The position numbers and the translations under genes are program-made. Below are positions 20,390-28,969 of a DNA stretch of 64,000 nucleotides, piece by piece. Positions within the stretch are counted from its first letter, which is position 1. Each line of letters starts with the position of its first letter. Source of the stretch: Methylococcaceae bacterium (GTDB lineage: Bacteria > Pseudomonadota > Gammaproteobacteria > Methylococcales > Methylococcaceae). The stretch lies in assembly GCA_044351045.1 (NCBI GenBank), contig JBILGM010000001.1, forward strand, positions 7,314 to 71,313. Direction: 5' to 3'. The notes under the pieces were generated by a model that saw only the letters and a list, made by a program, of their open reading frames with translations, did no database searches and had not been told where the DNA came from.

Positions 20390-21157
20390 GTGTCGTCCTG
20401 AATGACCCACAACTACCGGGTGTCATCCTGAGGCCGTGATAACGGCTGAAGGATCTCAAGCCATGGGCACTGTGCGGGCCATGGTTGTGGGCTATGGGGT
20501 GCCGGTAGCGTGAGGTCCTTCGTTGCACTCAGGACGACACAGCGAGCTCAGGCCGACACAATGATTCATGTCATCCTGAACGACCACCGGGAGTGAAGGA
20601 TCTTAGGGTACGGACTCAGTGTCATCCTGAGGCCGTCATAGCGGCTGAAGGATCTCAAGCCATGGGCACTGTGCGGGCCATTGTTGTGGGCTATGGGGTG
20701 CCGGTCGCGTGAGGTCCTTCGTTGCACTCAGGACGACACAACGAGCTCAGGACGACACAATGATTCGTGTCATCCTAAACGACCGTCGGGAGTGAGGGAT
20801 CTCTGGCGACGGACTCAGTGTCATCCTGAGGCCGTGTTAACGGCTGAAAGATCCCAAGCCACGGGCACTGTGCGGGCCCTGGTTGTGGGCTATGGGGTGC
20901 CGGTCGCCTGAGGTCCTTCGTTGCACTCAGGACGACACAGCGAGCTCAGGCCGACACAATGATTCGTATCATCCTGAACGACCAGCGGGAGTGAAGGATC
21001 TCTGGCTACGGACTCAGTGTCATCCTGAAGCCGTGTTAACGGCTGAAAGATCCCAAGCCATGGGCACTGTGCGGGCCATGGTTGTGGGCTATTGTGTGCC
21101 GGTAGCCTGAGGTCCTTCGTTGCACTCAGGACGACACAACGAGCTCAGCACGACACG
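20390..21157 (+). repeat. Hairpin-module repeat array R3: four tandem 199-bp units
   Basis: GTGTCATCCTGA(G/A)GCCGT begins at 20420, 20619, 20818 and 21017, an exact 199-bp spacing. Each unit is M3, a core, reverse-M2, a spacer, then M1 (for example M3 20420-20460, reverse-M2 20512-20540, M1 20569-20603). Confidence 0.95.
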
Positions 21158-21436
21158 GCGGGGTTCACCATACCCCCCCCCAGGCTTCAGCGCATCACAA
21201 CCCCCAATCATCGCGCAGAATCGCCTCGGCCACGCTCAACCGGGTTGGAAATAGGGGAATTCCTCCCTACAGCGCCTTGTTGTAGTCTGGCAACTTTGTT
21301 GAAAGCGTGCAAAAAGGCCGCGCAAAAGCGGGTGCAAGCCACATTGGACGCGCCTTTGGGCGGGGGTCATGGCCGCCGCGGAAAGGCTGGGGAGAGGGGG
21401 GCTGACGATTTATTGTAGTTTTTTGGCAAATGACGC

Positions 21437-21466
21437 TTGACAGCCTGCGTGTGGGTGGACTAACTT
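21437..21466 (+). promoter_or_regulatory. Candidate sigma70-type promoter for the 442-aa secreted-protein gene
   Basis: TTGACA at 21437-21442 and TAACTT 18 bp downstream (21461-21466). This would give a leader of about 185 nt before the ATG at 21655. Confidence 0.3.
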
Positions 21467-21654
21467 ATCCCCACGCTCTCTGAAATGCCGATGTCTGCCC
21501 CAGTTCGTCTGGGGTCGGCCAACGGATGACGGAGTGGGCGGGAAACGGGGGACAATCTACAGGCTCCTGCTCTTCCGGTGTTTTGGGTGGTGATATCCGC
21601 AAGGGTTGAGCCAGACATGACAAAGTATAACGTTCTTATCGATAAGAGGATTTT

Positions 21655-22983
21655 ATGAAAACTAACTTTAAAAAATTGGCTCTGATGGCGGGTGTTTCCG
21701 CTGCCATGGCCGGTGGCAGCATGTCTGCTCACGCAGTGATTCAGGCGGTACCGGCTCCGGCAGCACTGATTCCATTGTTCAATGGTTGTGTAAACAACTC
21801 AAACAACAGCCAGATCAATGGTGGATTAACCAACTATGTCCGCATCGAAACCCCTTCCTCAGTCGGGGTTGATTCAATCGTAAATCTGTTCGGTGGCCCC
21901 AATGGGAACGCTTCAACCGGTGCTATCCCGGCTTCCGGCGTGGCGACAGGTCTGGCTACTTCCACACCGAGCAACTCTACGGTGGCGACCTCTAGGCTGC
22001 ACTGGTACTTCATGAGTCCCAACAGCGACGAGATCATTAACTCCGCTTTCCCGGTATCAGCCAATGACGTGATCGAATTCACGAACTGCGCTATGCCAAC
22101 CACCCAAATTAGCTCTGCGGGTTCAATGACGACAGTTGCAGTAGGGTCCCAATCCTCAGGTTATCTGGTCATTATCAATGATTCAGCCGCCTTGGGTGGC
22201 GCTCCGTTGTTCTCGTTCCAGGCTGATTCCTACAGGGTTAATACTGCTGGTCTCAATTCGTCGACCGTCTACGAGAACATTCCCGTCTATCCGTTGACGG
22301 ATACCGCCGACAACGGTGCGGGTGCCCCGACGCTGGCTAACAACGTGATCGAAGACGTCTCCGGCATTGCTGGTGGCGCACCGTTTGGTACCGGCCCAGT
22401 GGTTTCTCCGCTGATGAGCGGTATCCGCTTGGGTGCGACCAATGCATCTGGCGCACCTTATGGCTGGTATCGCGTCATTGACTTCCCAGTTATCAACGGG
22501 AATGATACCTACGTAGTGTGGGCGGATCGTAATTCAACGACCAACGTGGTCAATGGTACGATTCAGACCACCCCGGCAATCTACGGTACGACGCTGACCT
22601 ATGACTGCAACGAAAACGTACTGTCTACCGGTCCGTTGAGCTTTGTAGATCAGCTTAACTTCCTGACTGTTGGTACCACCAACAGTACTGCTCAGACTAG
22701 TACTGTTGCTAATTTCGACGCATACAGCAACTTGTTCCAGCCGATCGGAGCTACTACCGCTCAGTCCACTGGATGTAACATTGCTGTGTCTGGCATACCT
22801 ACTGCACTCACTGGAACGAATACCAGCAGTGGTTTTGTTCGCTACTTTGCTCAGTCCAACCCCTACACGGGTGATCTGACGGGTGCGGCCTACCAGGCAT
22901 CGGTCATCTTCAGACTGCGTAACAGCGCTTCTGAAGCGACCTACCAGTTCCCGGTTGACCGCGGTTTCTTCACCGCCAAGTAA
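21655..22983 (+). CDS. Secreted Ser/Thr/Asn/Gly-rich protein of unknown function (candidate abundant surface or S-layer-type protein)
   Basis: Sec signal peptide MKTNFKKLALMAGVSAAMAGGSMSAHA. There is a strong SD (AAGAGGA, 5 nt before the ATG), visibly different codon usage from its neighbours, and two hairpin terminators downstream. I recognise no known domain. Confidence 0.8.
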   Translation: MKTNFKKLALMAGVSAAMAGGSMSAHAVIQAVPAPAALIPLFNGCVNNSNNSQINGGLTNYVRIETPSSVGVDSIVNLFGGPNGNASTGAIPASGVATGLATSTPSNSTVATSRLHWYFMSPNSDEIINSAFPVSANDVIEFTNCAMPTTQISSAGSMTTVAVGSQSSGYLVIINDSAALGGAPLFSFQADSYRVNTAGLNSSTVYENIPVYPLTDTADNGAGAPTLANNVIEDVSGIAGGAPFGTGPVVSPLMSGIRLGATNASGAPYGWYRVIDFPVINGNDTYVVWADRNSTTNVVNGTIQTTPAIYGTTLTYDCNENVLSTGPLSFVDQLNFLTVGTTNSTAQTSTVANFDAYSNLFQPIGATTAQSTGCNIAVSGIPTALTGTNTSSGFVRYFAQSNPYTGDLTGAAYQASVIFRLRNSASEATYQFPVDRGFFTAK

Positions 22984-22997
22984 GTCGGTAATCGGTT

Positions 22998-23024
22998 ACC
23001 GGTCAGTACTCGGTACTGACCGGT
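22998..23024 (+). terminator. Hairpin downstream of the secreted-protein gene
   Basis: ACCGGTCAGTAC-TCG-GTACTGACCGGT, a perfect 12-bp stem, but no T-tract follows. Confidence 0.45.
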
Positions 23025-23044
23025 TCGGTTAGATCGATTATCAT

Positions 23045-23076
23045 GAAACGGCCCGCATGCGGGCCGTTTCTTTTTG
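23045..23076 (+). terminator. Rho-independent terminator
   Basis: GAAACGGCCCGC-AT-GCGGGCCGTTTC followed by TTTTT. Confidence 0.8.
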
Positions 23077-23093
23077 TATCGCCAGCAATAAAA

Positions 23094-24377
23094 ATGTCTC
23101 GATCGTTTTACCAAACAAAACCATCTAAATGGCGCTCTGCTGGAGGGCGCATAGCCATTGGGTCAGCCGTGTTTGCCCTCGGCGCACTGCTCCTGTTGGG
23201 CTGTCAGGATCCCGATCAACCAGACACCCCGTCCGGGTTCGGACAACGCATTCCCTGGGTCGGTATGGCTTTCGATATCCTGGCGGCCGACCTTGATGGC
23301 GATAGTCGTCCGGACTTGACGGTCGTCGACCATGGCGGCAATCAAGCCCAGATTTTTTATCAGCAACCGCCCCGGCAGTTCACGGCGGGGCCAAGATTTG
23401 ACGGCGTCGGCTTTCACCCCGGCAACCTGTTTCGCTGGCCGGGCGAGCCCGCCCGCTTCCTGCTGAGTGCCGAGGGGGACAACGCTATTCGGGTGTTGTC
23501 GCCAGACAAAGCGGCGGGCTTCAAGGTGGAGTCCCAGCTGGAAGCAGTCAAGCCGCGCTATGGCAACCTGTTCCGTTGGCCAGGCTGGGGCGACAGCTTG
23601 GTCCTGTCCCCCTTTGACATGGACAGCCTGTTTCTGCTGAAGCGTTTCGATCCGGGCACGGGCAAGGCCGAGGAAACCCTGCAAATCGCGCTTGCCGAAC
23701 AACCGCCGTCTGTCCTGTGGCCCGGGCCGCTGACAGTGACCGATATCGACCGGGATGGCAGTGACGACATCCTGTATGCCACACCCATCACCCGTCAGGT
23801 GTTTGCGGTGCAGGCACCAAAAAATACCGAGTCAAAGAGCAAAAAAAAGGCGAAGGGAAAACCGAAGCCGAACCCCATCAAGCCGCGTCTGCTTGCCGAA
23901 AGTCCCGGTTGGGGCGGACCAACCCAGGTCCTGGCCGCTGATCTTGATCGCGATGGCGCGGATGACCTTCTGGTACCGGACGAAACCAAACCGGGCAAGA
24001 TCAACGTGATTATGAACGATGGTCAGGGTCATTTTACGGTCACCCAGCCCTTGGATTCACCCAACGAGTTAGGGATTACCAAACTGCAAACCGCCATCGA
24101 TCACGATGGTCAGCGCTATATCCTCGCCGCTGGGTTTGGGGTGATGGCCTTGCACCAAGTGCCTGAGCAGTGGCAAGTCAGTCAGCCCATGGTCTCCCGA
24201 CATGTTCGCTGGAAGCGCGGCGACTATGCCACGGCGTTGGCCCTGCATGATCTGGACGGAGATGGCTGGCTGGATGCGGTGTTGGCCCGTCAGCAGGGTG
24301 GGGAATTGAGGGTTTTATATGGCCCGTTATGGGAAAATTTTAAGCAATGGTCCGACCCCTCGGTGGATCTGGATTAA
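23094..24377 (+). CDS. FG-GAP/VCBS repeat lipoprotein
   Basis: ORF 23043-24377. The ATG at 23094 is preferred because 23045-23076 is a terminator. Lipobox LLLGCQD. Repeated Ca-binding-like motifs DLDGDSRPDL, DIDRDGSDDIL, DLDRDGADDLL and DLDGDGWLDAV are present. Confidence 0.75.
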   Translation: MSRSFYQTKPSKWRSAGGRIAIGSAVFALGALLLLGCQDPDQPDTPSGFGQRIPWVGMAFDILAADLDGDSRPDLTVVDHGGNQAQIFYQQPPRQFTAGPRFDGVGFHPGNLFRWPGEPARFLLSAEGDNAIRVLSPDKAAGFKVESQLEAVKPRYGNLFRWPGWGDSLVLSPFDMDSLFLLKRFDPGTGKAEETLQIALAEQPPSVLWPGPLTVTDIDRDGSDDILYATPITRQVFAVQAPKNTESKSKKKAKGKPKPNPIKPRLLAESPGWGGPTQVLAADLDRDGADDLLVPDETKPGKINVIMNDGQGHFTVTQPLDSPNELGITKLQTAIDHDGQRYILAAGFGVMALHQVPEQWQVSQPMVSRHVRWKRGDYATALALHDLDGDGWLDAVLARQQGGELRVLYGPLWENFKQWSDPSVDLD

Positions 24378-24411
24378 TGACATCATTCGTTTGAACGAGA
24401 GGAAATTCACC

Positions 24412-25389
24412 ATGAAATTGACCCATCTGCGGGCTGGCGTCAGCCTTTTGAGTCTCTGTCTGCTGGCCGATGTAAGCTTGGCTGCTAAAGCCCCGGCCAA
24501 AACCAACGAGGCAAAACAGCCGCCGGCAGCCGAGGCGGCAAAACCGGTTGACTACAGCAAGCTGCCGGCGCTGGAACAGCCGTTGATTCTGGTGGATGGT
24601 TTTAGCATCAACAGTCAGGACTACCTGAATTTCCTGCAGAACAACCCCACCATCATGAGCCGGGCGGCCAATACGGAAACCGGCAAGACAGAGGCCATCC
24701 GGGAATTGACACGGACTTATCTGCTGCGCAAGGCAATGTATGACCAAAAATTGCTGAACAAGGATGACAAGGAGCCGCCGACGCCCAATATGATTGCCGC
24801 CGCTTATGAAAAGTTGGCCAAACAGCATTTCCCGGCACCGCCGGCCCCGGACGAGAAAACCGCCTATGCCTATTATCAGGCTCATCAGGACAACTATGGC
24901 ATTCCTGGCAATTACCGGCTGAACCAGATTCTGATCAAAACGCCCACTAATCCTGATCCTGCCGTACTGAAGGCGGCCGAGGAGCGGGCCCAGGCCGCCC
25001 TGAAGCGCCTGACGGCGGGTGAGGCATTCAGTGCGGTGGCTAGCGAGCTGACCGAGAGCACCATTGGCAAGCTGACGGGGGGGGATATCGGGTATGTCGA
25101 TCCGGCCGAGCAGCCCTGGCTGAAAGAGTCGCTGCTGAAAATGAAAGTGGGTGATCGGGTGGGCCCGATCAAGAGCCCGGAAGGGGTGGTGGTGCTGGAG
25201 TTGACCGACATCCGACCCGCGCTGATCTCGCCCTACGGCAATGTGCGCGACAAGGTCATCAAGGACTATCGCGACGAGCAGCAAAAGAAGGTCCGCGATG
25301 CGTATGTGCTGGAGCTAGCCAAGGGCGTCAAGATCGAAGTCGCTGCCCCCAGTATCCAGTCATTGTTCCCTAACGGGGTCTTGCCATGA
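24412..25389 (+). CDS. Parvulin-type peptidyl-prolyl isomerase (SurA/PpiD-like), secreted
   Basis: The ATG at 24412 gives the signal peptide MKLTHLRAGVSLLSLCLLADVSLA. The PpiC domain pattern is YRLNQILIK ... GGDIGYV ... VGPIKSPEGVVVLEL. Confidence 0.8.
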   Translation: MKLTHLRAGVSLLSLCLLADVSLAAKAPAKTNEAKQPPAAEAAKPVDYSKLPALEQPLILVDGFSINSQDYLNFLQNNPTIMSRAANTETGKTEAIRELTRTYLLRKAMYDQKLLNKDDKEPPTPNMIAAAYEKLAKQHFPAPPAPDEKTAYAYYQAHQDNYGIPGNYRLNQILIKTPTNPDPAVLKAAEERAQAALKRLTAGEAFSAVASELTESTIGKLTGGDIGYVDPAEQPWLKESLLKMKVGDRVGPIKSPEGVVVLELTDIRPALISPYGNVRDKVIKDYRDEQQKKVRDAYVLELAKGVKIEVAAPSIQSLFPNGVLP

Positions 25390-25892
25390 GCTTGAAACAG
25401 CACTGGAAGTGGCTGGCGATTGGTGCGCTGCTGCTCGCGGCGGGTTATGCCGGGTTTGACTTCCAGAATCGGCACAGTGAGGCCACCCTGCTGGCCCGTG
25501 CCCATCAGTATTGGGAGGCCCGCCGATTGAACGATTACCTGACCGCCTATGAGCTGGAAGCCGAAACCGCCAATGGCCAACTGGCGCCGGATGAAGTGGA
25601 GACGCGGCCGGAATGGGGTCAGCGCCTGTACAGCTACAAACTCGGGTCCGTGGATTATTACAATGGCCATGCGGAAATTGAATTGACGACCGAGTACCTT
25701 ATTCGTGAATTGTCCAAACCCGCGGGTGGGGGGACGGCTAAAGACTTGTGGACCTTCATCAAGGGCCAGTGGTATCACGGCGCGCCGGAAAAAGGCGGCG
25801 CCGGAATCCGCAAGCCGGGCTCTGCCCAACCCCTGCCACCTGCTAACCCGACTGAACCCGCCCCGGCGCCCGCGCCCGCGCCCGCGCAGTAA
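25386..25892 (+). CDS. Membrane-anchored hypothetical protein with Pro/Ala-rich tail
   Basis: 168 aa. The start overlaps the stop of the PPIase gene (ATGA). It has an N-terminal TM helix and the tail PPANPTEPAPAPAPAPAQ. Confidence 0.55.
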   Translation: MSLKQHWKWLAIGALLLAAGYAGFDFQNRHSEATLLARAHQYWEARRLNDYLTAYELEAETANGQLAPDEVETRPEWGQRLYSYKLGSVDYYNGHAEIELTTEYLIRELSKPAGGGTAKDLWTFIKGQWYHGAPEKGGAGIRKPGSAQPLPPANPTEPAPAPAPAPAQ

Positions 25893-25911
25893 GGGTGTGG
25901 GGGAGGGTTGG

Positions 25912-26325
25912 CGTTTTGTGCTGGTCGCTTGGGGTCCTTCGTTGCACTCAGGACGACACGGTGATGGGTGTCATCCTTCGCGGGGCTTAGGCCGACCGGG
26001 TGGGTCAGGGCTGCCAATGGGTGTCATCCTGAACGACCCGCGGGAGTGAAGGATCTCATGCTATGGCCCCCTGCAGGCCATGGTGGCGGGTTATTGGGTG
26101 CTGATAGCCTGAGGTCCTTCGTTGCACTCAGGACGACACGGTGATTCGTGTCATCCCTTGCGGGGCTTAGGCCGACCGGGTGGGTCAGGGCTGCCAATGG
26201 GTGTCATCCTGAACGACCCGCGGGAGTGAAGGATCTCAGGCTATGGCCCCCTGCAGGCCATGGTGGCGGGTTATTGGGTGCTGATAGCCTGAGGTCCTTC
26301 GTTGCACTCAGGACGACACGGTGAT
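25912..26325 (+). repeat. Hairpin-module repeat array R4: 180-bp tandem units (2 full copies plus a partial)
   Basis: GGTCCTTCGTTGCACTCAGGACGACAC (reverse-M2) begins at 25933, 26113 and 26293, an exact 180-bp spacing. M1 (GTGTCATCCTGAACGACCCGCGGGAGTGAAGGATCTC) occurs in each unit. Confidence 0.95.
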
Positions 26326-26394
26326 GGTCTAATCCGCCTGCGCGGTCACCGGGGCGAATCATAGGCAAAAGACATCAATCCGGCTGATTCACTC

Positions 26395-26688
26395 ATGCAA
26401 GACCGGCAATATGACGTTTACATGATGACCAACCAGAGCAATCGGGTGCTCTATACCGGCATCACCAATGATCTTGGTCGGCGCGTGTATGAGCACCAGC
26501 ATAAGCTCTGCAAGGGGTTCACGGCCAAATATAATGTTGAGAAGCTGGTGTTCTTTGAGGTCACTTCGGATGTTGAATCCGCCATTACCCGAGAGAAGCA
26601 AATCAAGGGCTGGGTGCGTGCAAAAAAGAATGCGCTGGTGGGATCGATGAATCCTGATTGGCGTGATTTGAGCGTCGATTTCATGTAG
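26395..26688 (+). CDS. Small stand-alone GIY-YIG nuclease family protein (COG2827/YhbQ-like)
   Basis: 97 aa. YDVYMMTNQSNRVLYTGITNDLGRRVYEH (GIY...YTG), followed by EKLVFFE ... AITREKQIKGW.R.KK. This is the classic single-domain GIY-YIG layout. Repeat arrays R4 and R5 lie immediately on either side. Confidence 0.85.
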   Translation: MQDRQYDVYMMTNQSNRVLYTGITNDLGRRVYEHQHKLCKGFTAKYNVEKLVFFEVTSDVESAITREKQIKGWVRAKKNALVGSMNPDWRDLSVDFM

Positions 26689-26699
26689 GCGAGTGGTAT

Positions 26700-26880
26700 T
26701 GGGCTTGGGGTTTTGTGCCGGTCGCTTGGGGTCCTTCGTTTCACTCAGGACGACACAGTGATTTGTGTCATTCTTCGCTGCACTCAGTACGATACGTTGG
26801 GTCAGTGCTGCTATTGGGTGTCATCCTGAACGACCTGCGGGAGTGAAGGATCTCAGGTTAGGGGCACCCAGCAGGCGGCT
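26700..26880 (+). repeat. Hairpin-module repeat copy R5 (single unit)
   Basis: It contains reverse-M2 (GGTCCTTCGTTTCACTCAGGACGACAC, 26729-26755), a degenerate copy, then M1 (GTGTCATCCTGAACGACCTGCGGGAGTGAAGGATCTC, 26817-26853). Confidence 0.9.
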
Positions 26881-26914
26881 GTGTTTGGGCGCTGGTTTTA
26901 CTGGAATAACGATA

Positions 26915-27724
26915 ATGGCGGCTTCGATGGGTGCTTTCAGGGGATTTTTGGCTGCTTACTGGGGGCCGCTGAAGCATCTGGTGGTTTACCGCGACTTGTT
27001 CCTTCGCTTGATCCGGCGCGACATCATCAGCCGAACCAGCGGGACGTTGCTGGGGGCGGCGTGGTTAATCATTCAGCCCGGTCTGCAGGTGCTGGCCTTC
27101 TGGTTTCTGCTGGATTTTGTCCTCAAGGTCCGGTCTCCCGGAAGGGTGGCTTTCCTCGATTACTTTCTGGTGGCCATGTTGCCGTGGCTGTTCATCAGCG
27201 ACACGCTGACGCGTTCTCTCGGTGTGCTGAGTGAGTTTAGTAGCCTCTATCAGCGCACTATCTTTCCTGTGGCTGTGTTGCCGCTGATCCCGTTGGGGAT
27301 GTCTTTGCTGGTCTATGGCCCGGTTTACGCGGTGGTGTGCGGTGTGCTGATCGGACCGGGGGCGGCGGCCCAGGGGGTTGCGGTTTTGGGACTGATGGCT
27401 CTGTGGCTGTTGCCCTGGGTCTATCTATTGGCCATCGTCGGTCTGTTTTTCAAGGAATCGCGTCAGTTGGTCCCCTTTCTGCTGACCATGGTGATGTATG
27501 TGACGCCTATCCTCTACCAGCCGGCGGCTTTGCCGGATTCGGTCCAGACGTTGTTGGCCTGGAACGTGGTAGCGGATGGGGTGGCGCTGATCGAGGGCTG
27601 GCTGTTTGATTCGCCGGTGACCCCGCGCAATGGTTGGCAGCCAGTGCTGCTGTGGCTGGTGACGATGCCGCTGTCCTGGTGGCTGTTCCGCCGCGCCGAG
27701 CCGCATTTGCGGGAGGCATTATGA
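26915..27724 (+). CDS. wzm: ABC-2 type polysaccharide export permease (Wzm/TagG-like)
   Basis: ORF 26765-27724. The upstream part lies in repeat R5, so the ATG at 26915 is preferred (MAASMGAFRGFLAAYWGPLKHLVVYRDLFLRLIRRDIISRTSGTLLGAAW, the typical Wzm opening). Six TM helices. Confidence 0.8.
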   Translation: MAASMGAFRGFLAAYWGPLKHLVVYRDLFLRLIRRDIISRTSGTLLGAAWLIIQPGLQVLAFWFLLDFVLKVRSPGRVAFLDYFLVAMLPWLFISDTLTRSLGVLSEFSSLYQRTIFPVAVLPLIPLGMSLLVYGPVYAVVCGVLIGPGAAAQGVAVLGLMALWLLPWVYLLAIVGLFFKESRQLVPFLLTMVMYVTPILYQPAALPDSVQTLLAWNVVADGVALIEGWLFDSPVTPRNGWQPVLLWLVTMPLSWWLFRRAEPHLREAL

Positions 27725-28968
27725 ATCCGGTCATTTGCCTGGAGGGTGTGGGCAAAACCTACCGAACCTATGCGCATGCGAGAGACCGCTTTTGGGAGTT
27801 GCTGACCAGCCGACCGCGCTACCGGGAGACGGTCGCTTTGCAGGCGCTCGATCTGCGAGTCGATCCGGGTGAGGTGGTGGGGATCATTGGCATGAATGGC
27901 GCCGGCAAAAGCACGTTGCTCAAGCTGATTGCCGGGACCTTGCCGCCTGATCAGGGTGACATTCGGGTGGCGGGTCCGGTGTGTGCCCTGCTGGAGCTGG
28001 GGGCGGGTTTTCATCCCGACATGTCGGGGCGCGACAATATTTTCCTGGGGGCGGCGGTGGCCGGCATGCCGGCGGCCCGGATAAAAGCACAGGTGGATGA
28101 GATCATCGAGTTTGCCGGTCTTAGAAAGTCGATCGATCAGCCGGTGAAAACCTATTCGTCAGGCATGATGATGCGCCTGGCTTTTTCGGTGGCGACGGCG
28201 GTGGATCCGGATTTGTTGATTCTGGATGAAACCTTGTCGGTGGGGGATGGGGCTTTTGCGCGCAAATCCTTCCAGCGCATCATGCAATTCAAGGAGGCGG
28301 GGAAGACCATTCTTTTCTGCTCGCATTCGATGTACCAGATTCAGGCGATCTGCAGCCGGGCGATCTGGATCGATCAGGGTGAAATGAGAATGGACGGTGA
28401 TCCTGGCCCCGTGGTGGCCGCCTACAATGATTATCTGGGGCTGTATGAACAGGCGACGATGGCTGATGCGAAGGCCAATGTCGCGGCTGCCCCCGCCGGC
28501 GCAGCGGCAGATTCAGCGGTTCAGCCTGTCGTCAGCGCGCGACTGCTCAAGGTGTCTGTGCGCGCCGGCGCGTTTTCGGGTCTTAAGCTGCCGCTGACCA
28601 GTGGCACGGTGGATGTGTCGGTGGGGGTCAGTTTTCAGTCGGATCCTGCGCTGAAGCCGCCCAGTGTGGGGGTGACCATCACGGCATCCAGCGGAGTGCC
28701 GGTGACGAGCGCCGGGACGCATGTGGACGGGATGCGGGTTGAGCGTTGCTCAGACGGTCGCGGCGAGGTCGAGCTGACATTTCCCAGGCTGCCTTTGTTG
28801 CAGGGGAGTTACTGGGTGAACGTGTTTTTGCTCTGCGATCGGGGGCTGCAGCTTTATGACAAGGCGCAGTTGGTGTCCGAGTTGGAGGTCACCCAGAATA
28901 CGCTGGAGATGGGTGTGGTGACCTTGCCCCATCACTGGTCTGGCGTGGGGCCGGCGGATCAATCTTGA
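27721..28968 (+). CDS. wzt: Polysaccharide ABC exporter ATPase with C-terminal glycan-binding-type extension (Wzt-like)
   Basis: The ATG at 27721 overlaps the wzm stop. Walker A GMNGAGKST, signature YSSGMMMRLAF and Walker B LLILDE are present. An extra beta-rich C-terminal domain of about 170 aa follows, as in Wzt proteins. Confidence 0.85.
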   Translation: MNPVICLEGVGKTYRTYAHARDRFWELLTSRPRYRETVALQALDLRVDPGEVVGIIGMNGAGKSTLLKLIAGTLPPDQGDIRVAGPVCALLELGAGFHPDMSGRDNIFLGAAVAGMPAARIKAQVDEIIEFAGLRKSIDQPVKTYSSGMMMRLAFSVATAVDPDLLILDETLSVGDGAFARKSFQRIMQFKEAGKTILFCSHSMYQIQAICSRAIWIDQGEMRMDGDPGPVVAAYNDYLGLYEQATMADAKANVAAAPAGAAADSAVQPVVSARLLKVSVRAGAFSGLKLPLTSGTVDVSVGVSFQSDPALKPPSVGVTITASSGVPVTSAGTHVDGMRVERCSDGRGEVELTFPRLPLLQGSYWVNVFLLCDRGLQLYDKAQLVSELEVTQNTLEMGVVTLPHHWSGVGPADQS

Positions 28969-28969
28969 G

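Noticed and set aside
19136-21110. 75-76-aa ORFs inside the repeat arrays (19136-19366(-), 20681-20911(+), 20883-21110(+), translating ...LRCTQDDT...CHPERPAGVKDLW...)
   Set aside because: They lack Shine-Dalgarno sequences and overlap each other because the 199-bp period is not a multiple of 3. Differences between copies are mostly non-synonymous (about 9 versus 4 in the pair I compared). The conservation is at the nucleotide and hairpin level.
20390-21157. Tandem arrays as CRISPR loci
   Set aside because: The units are 134-199 bp and repeated in full. There are no short direct repeats alternating with unique, similarly sized spacers, and no cas genes in the window.
25868-25890. (GCGCCC)n microsatellite at the 3' end of 25386-25892
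   Set aside because: There are only three units, encoding a Pro-Ala tail (PAPAPAPA). This is an ordinary low-complexity coding repeat and not a separate feature.
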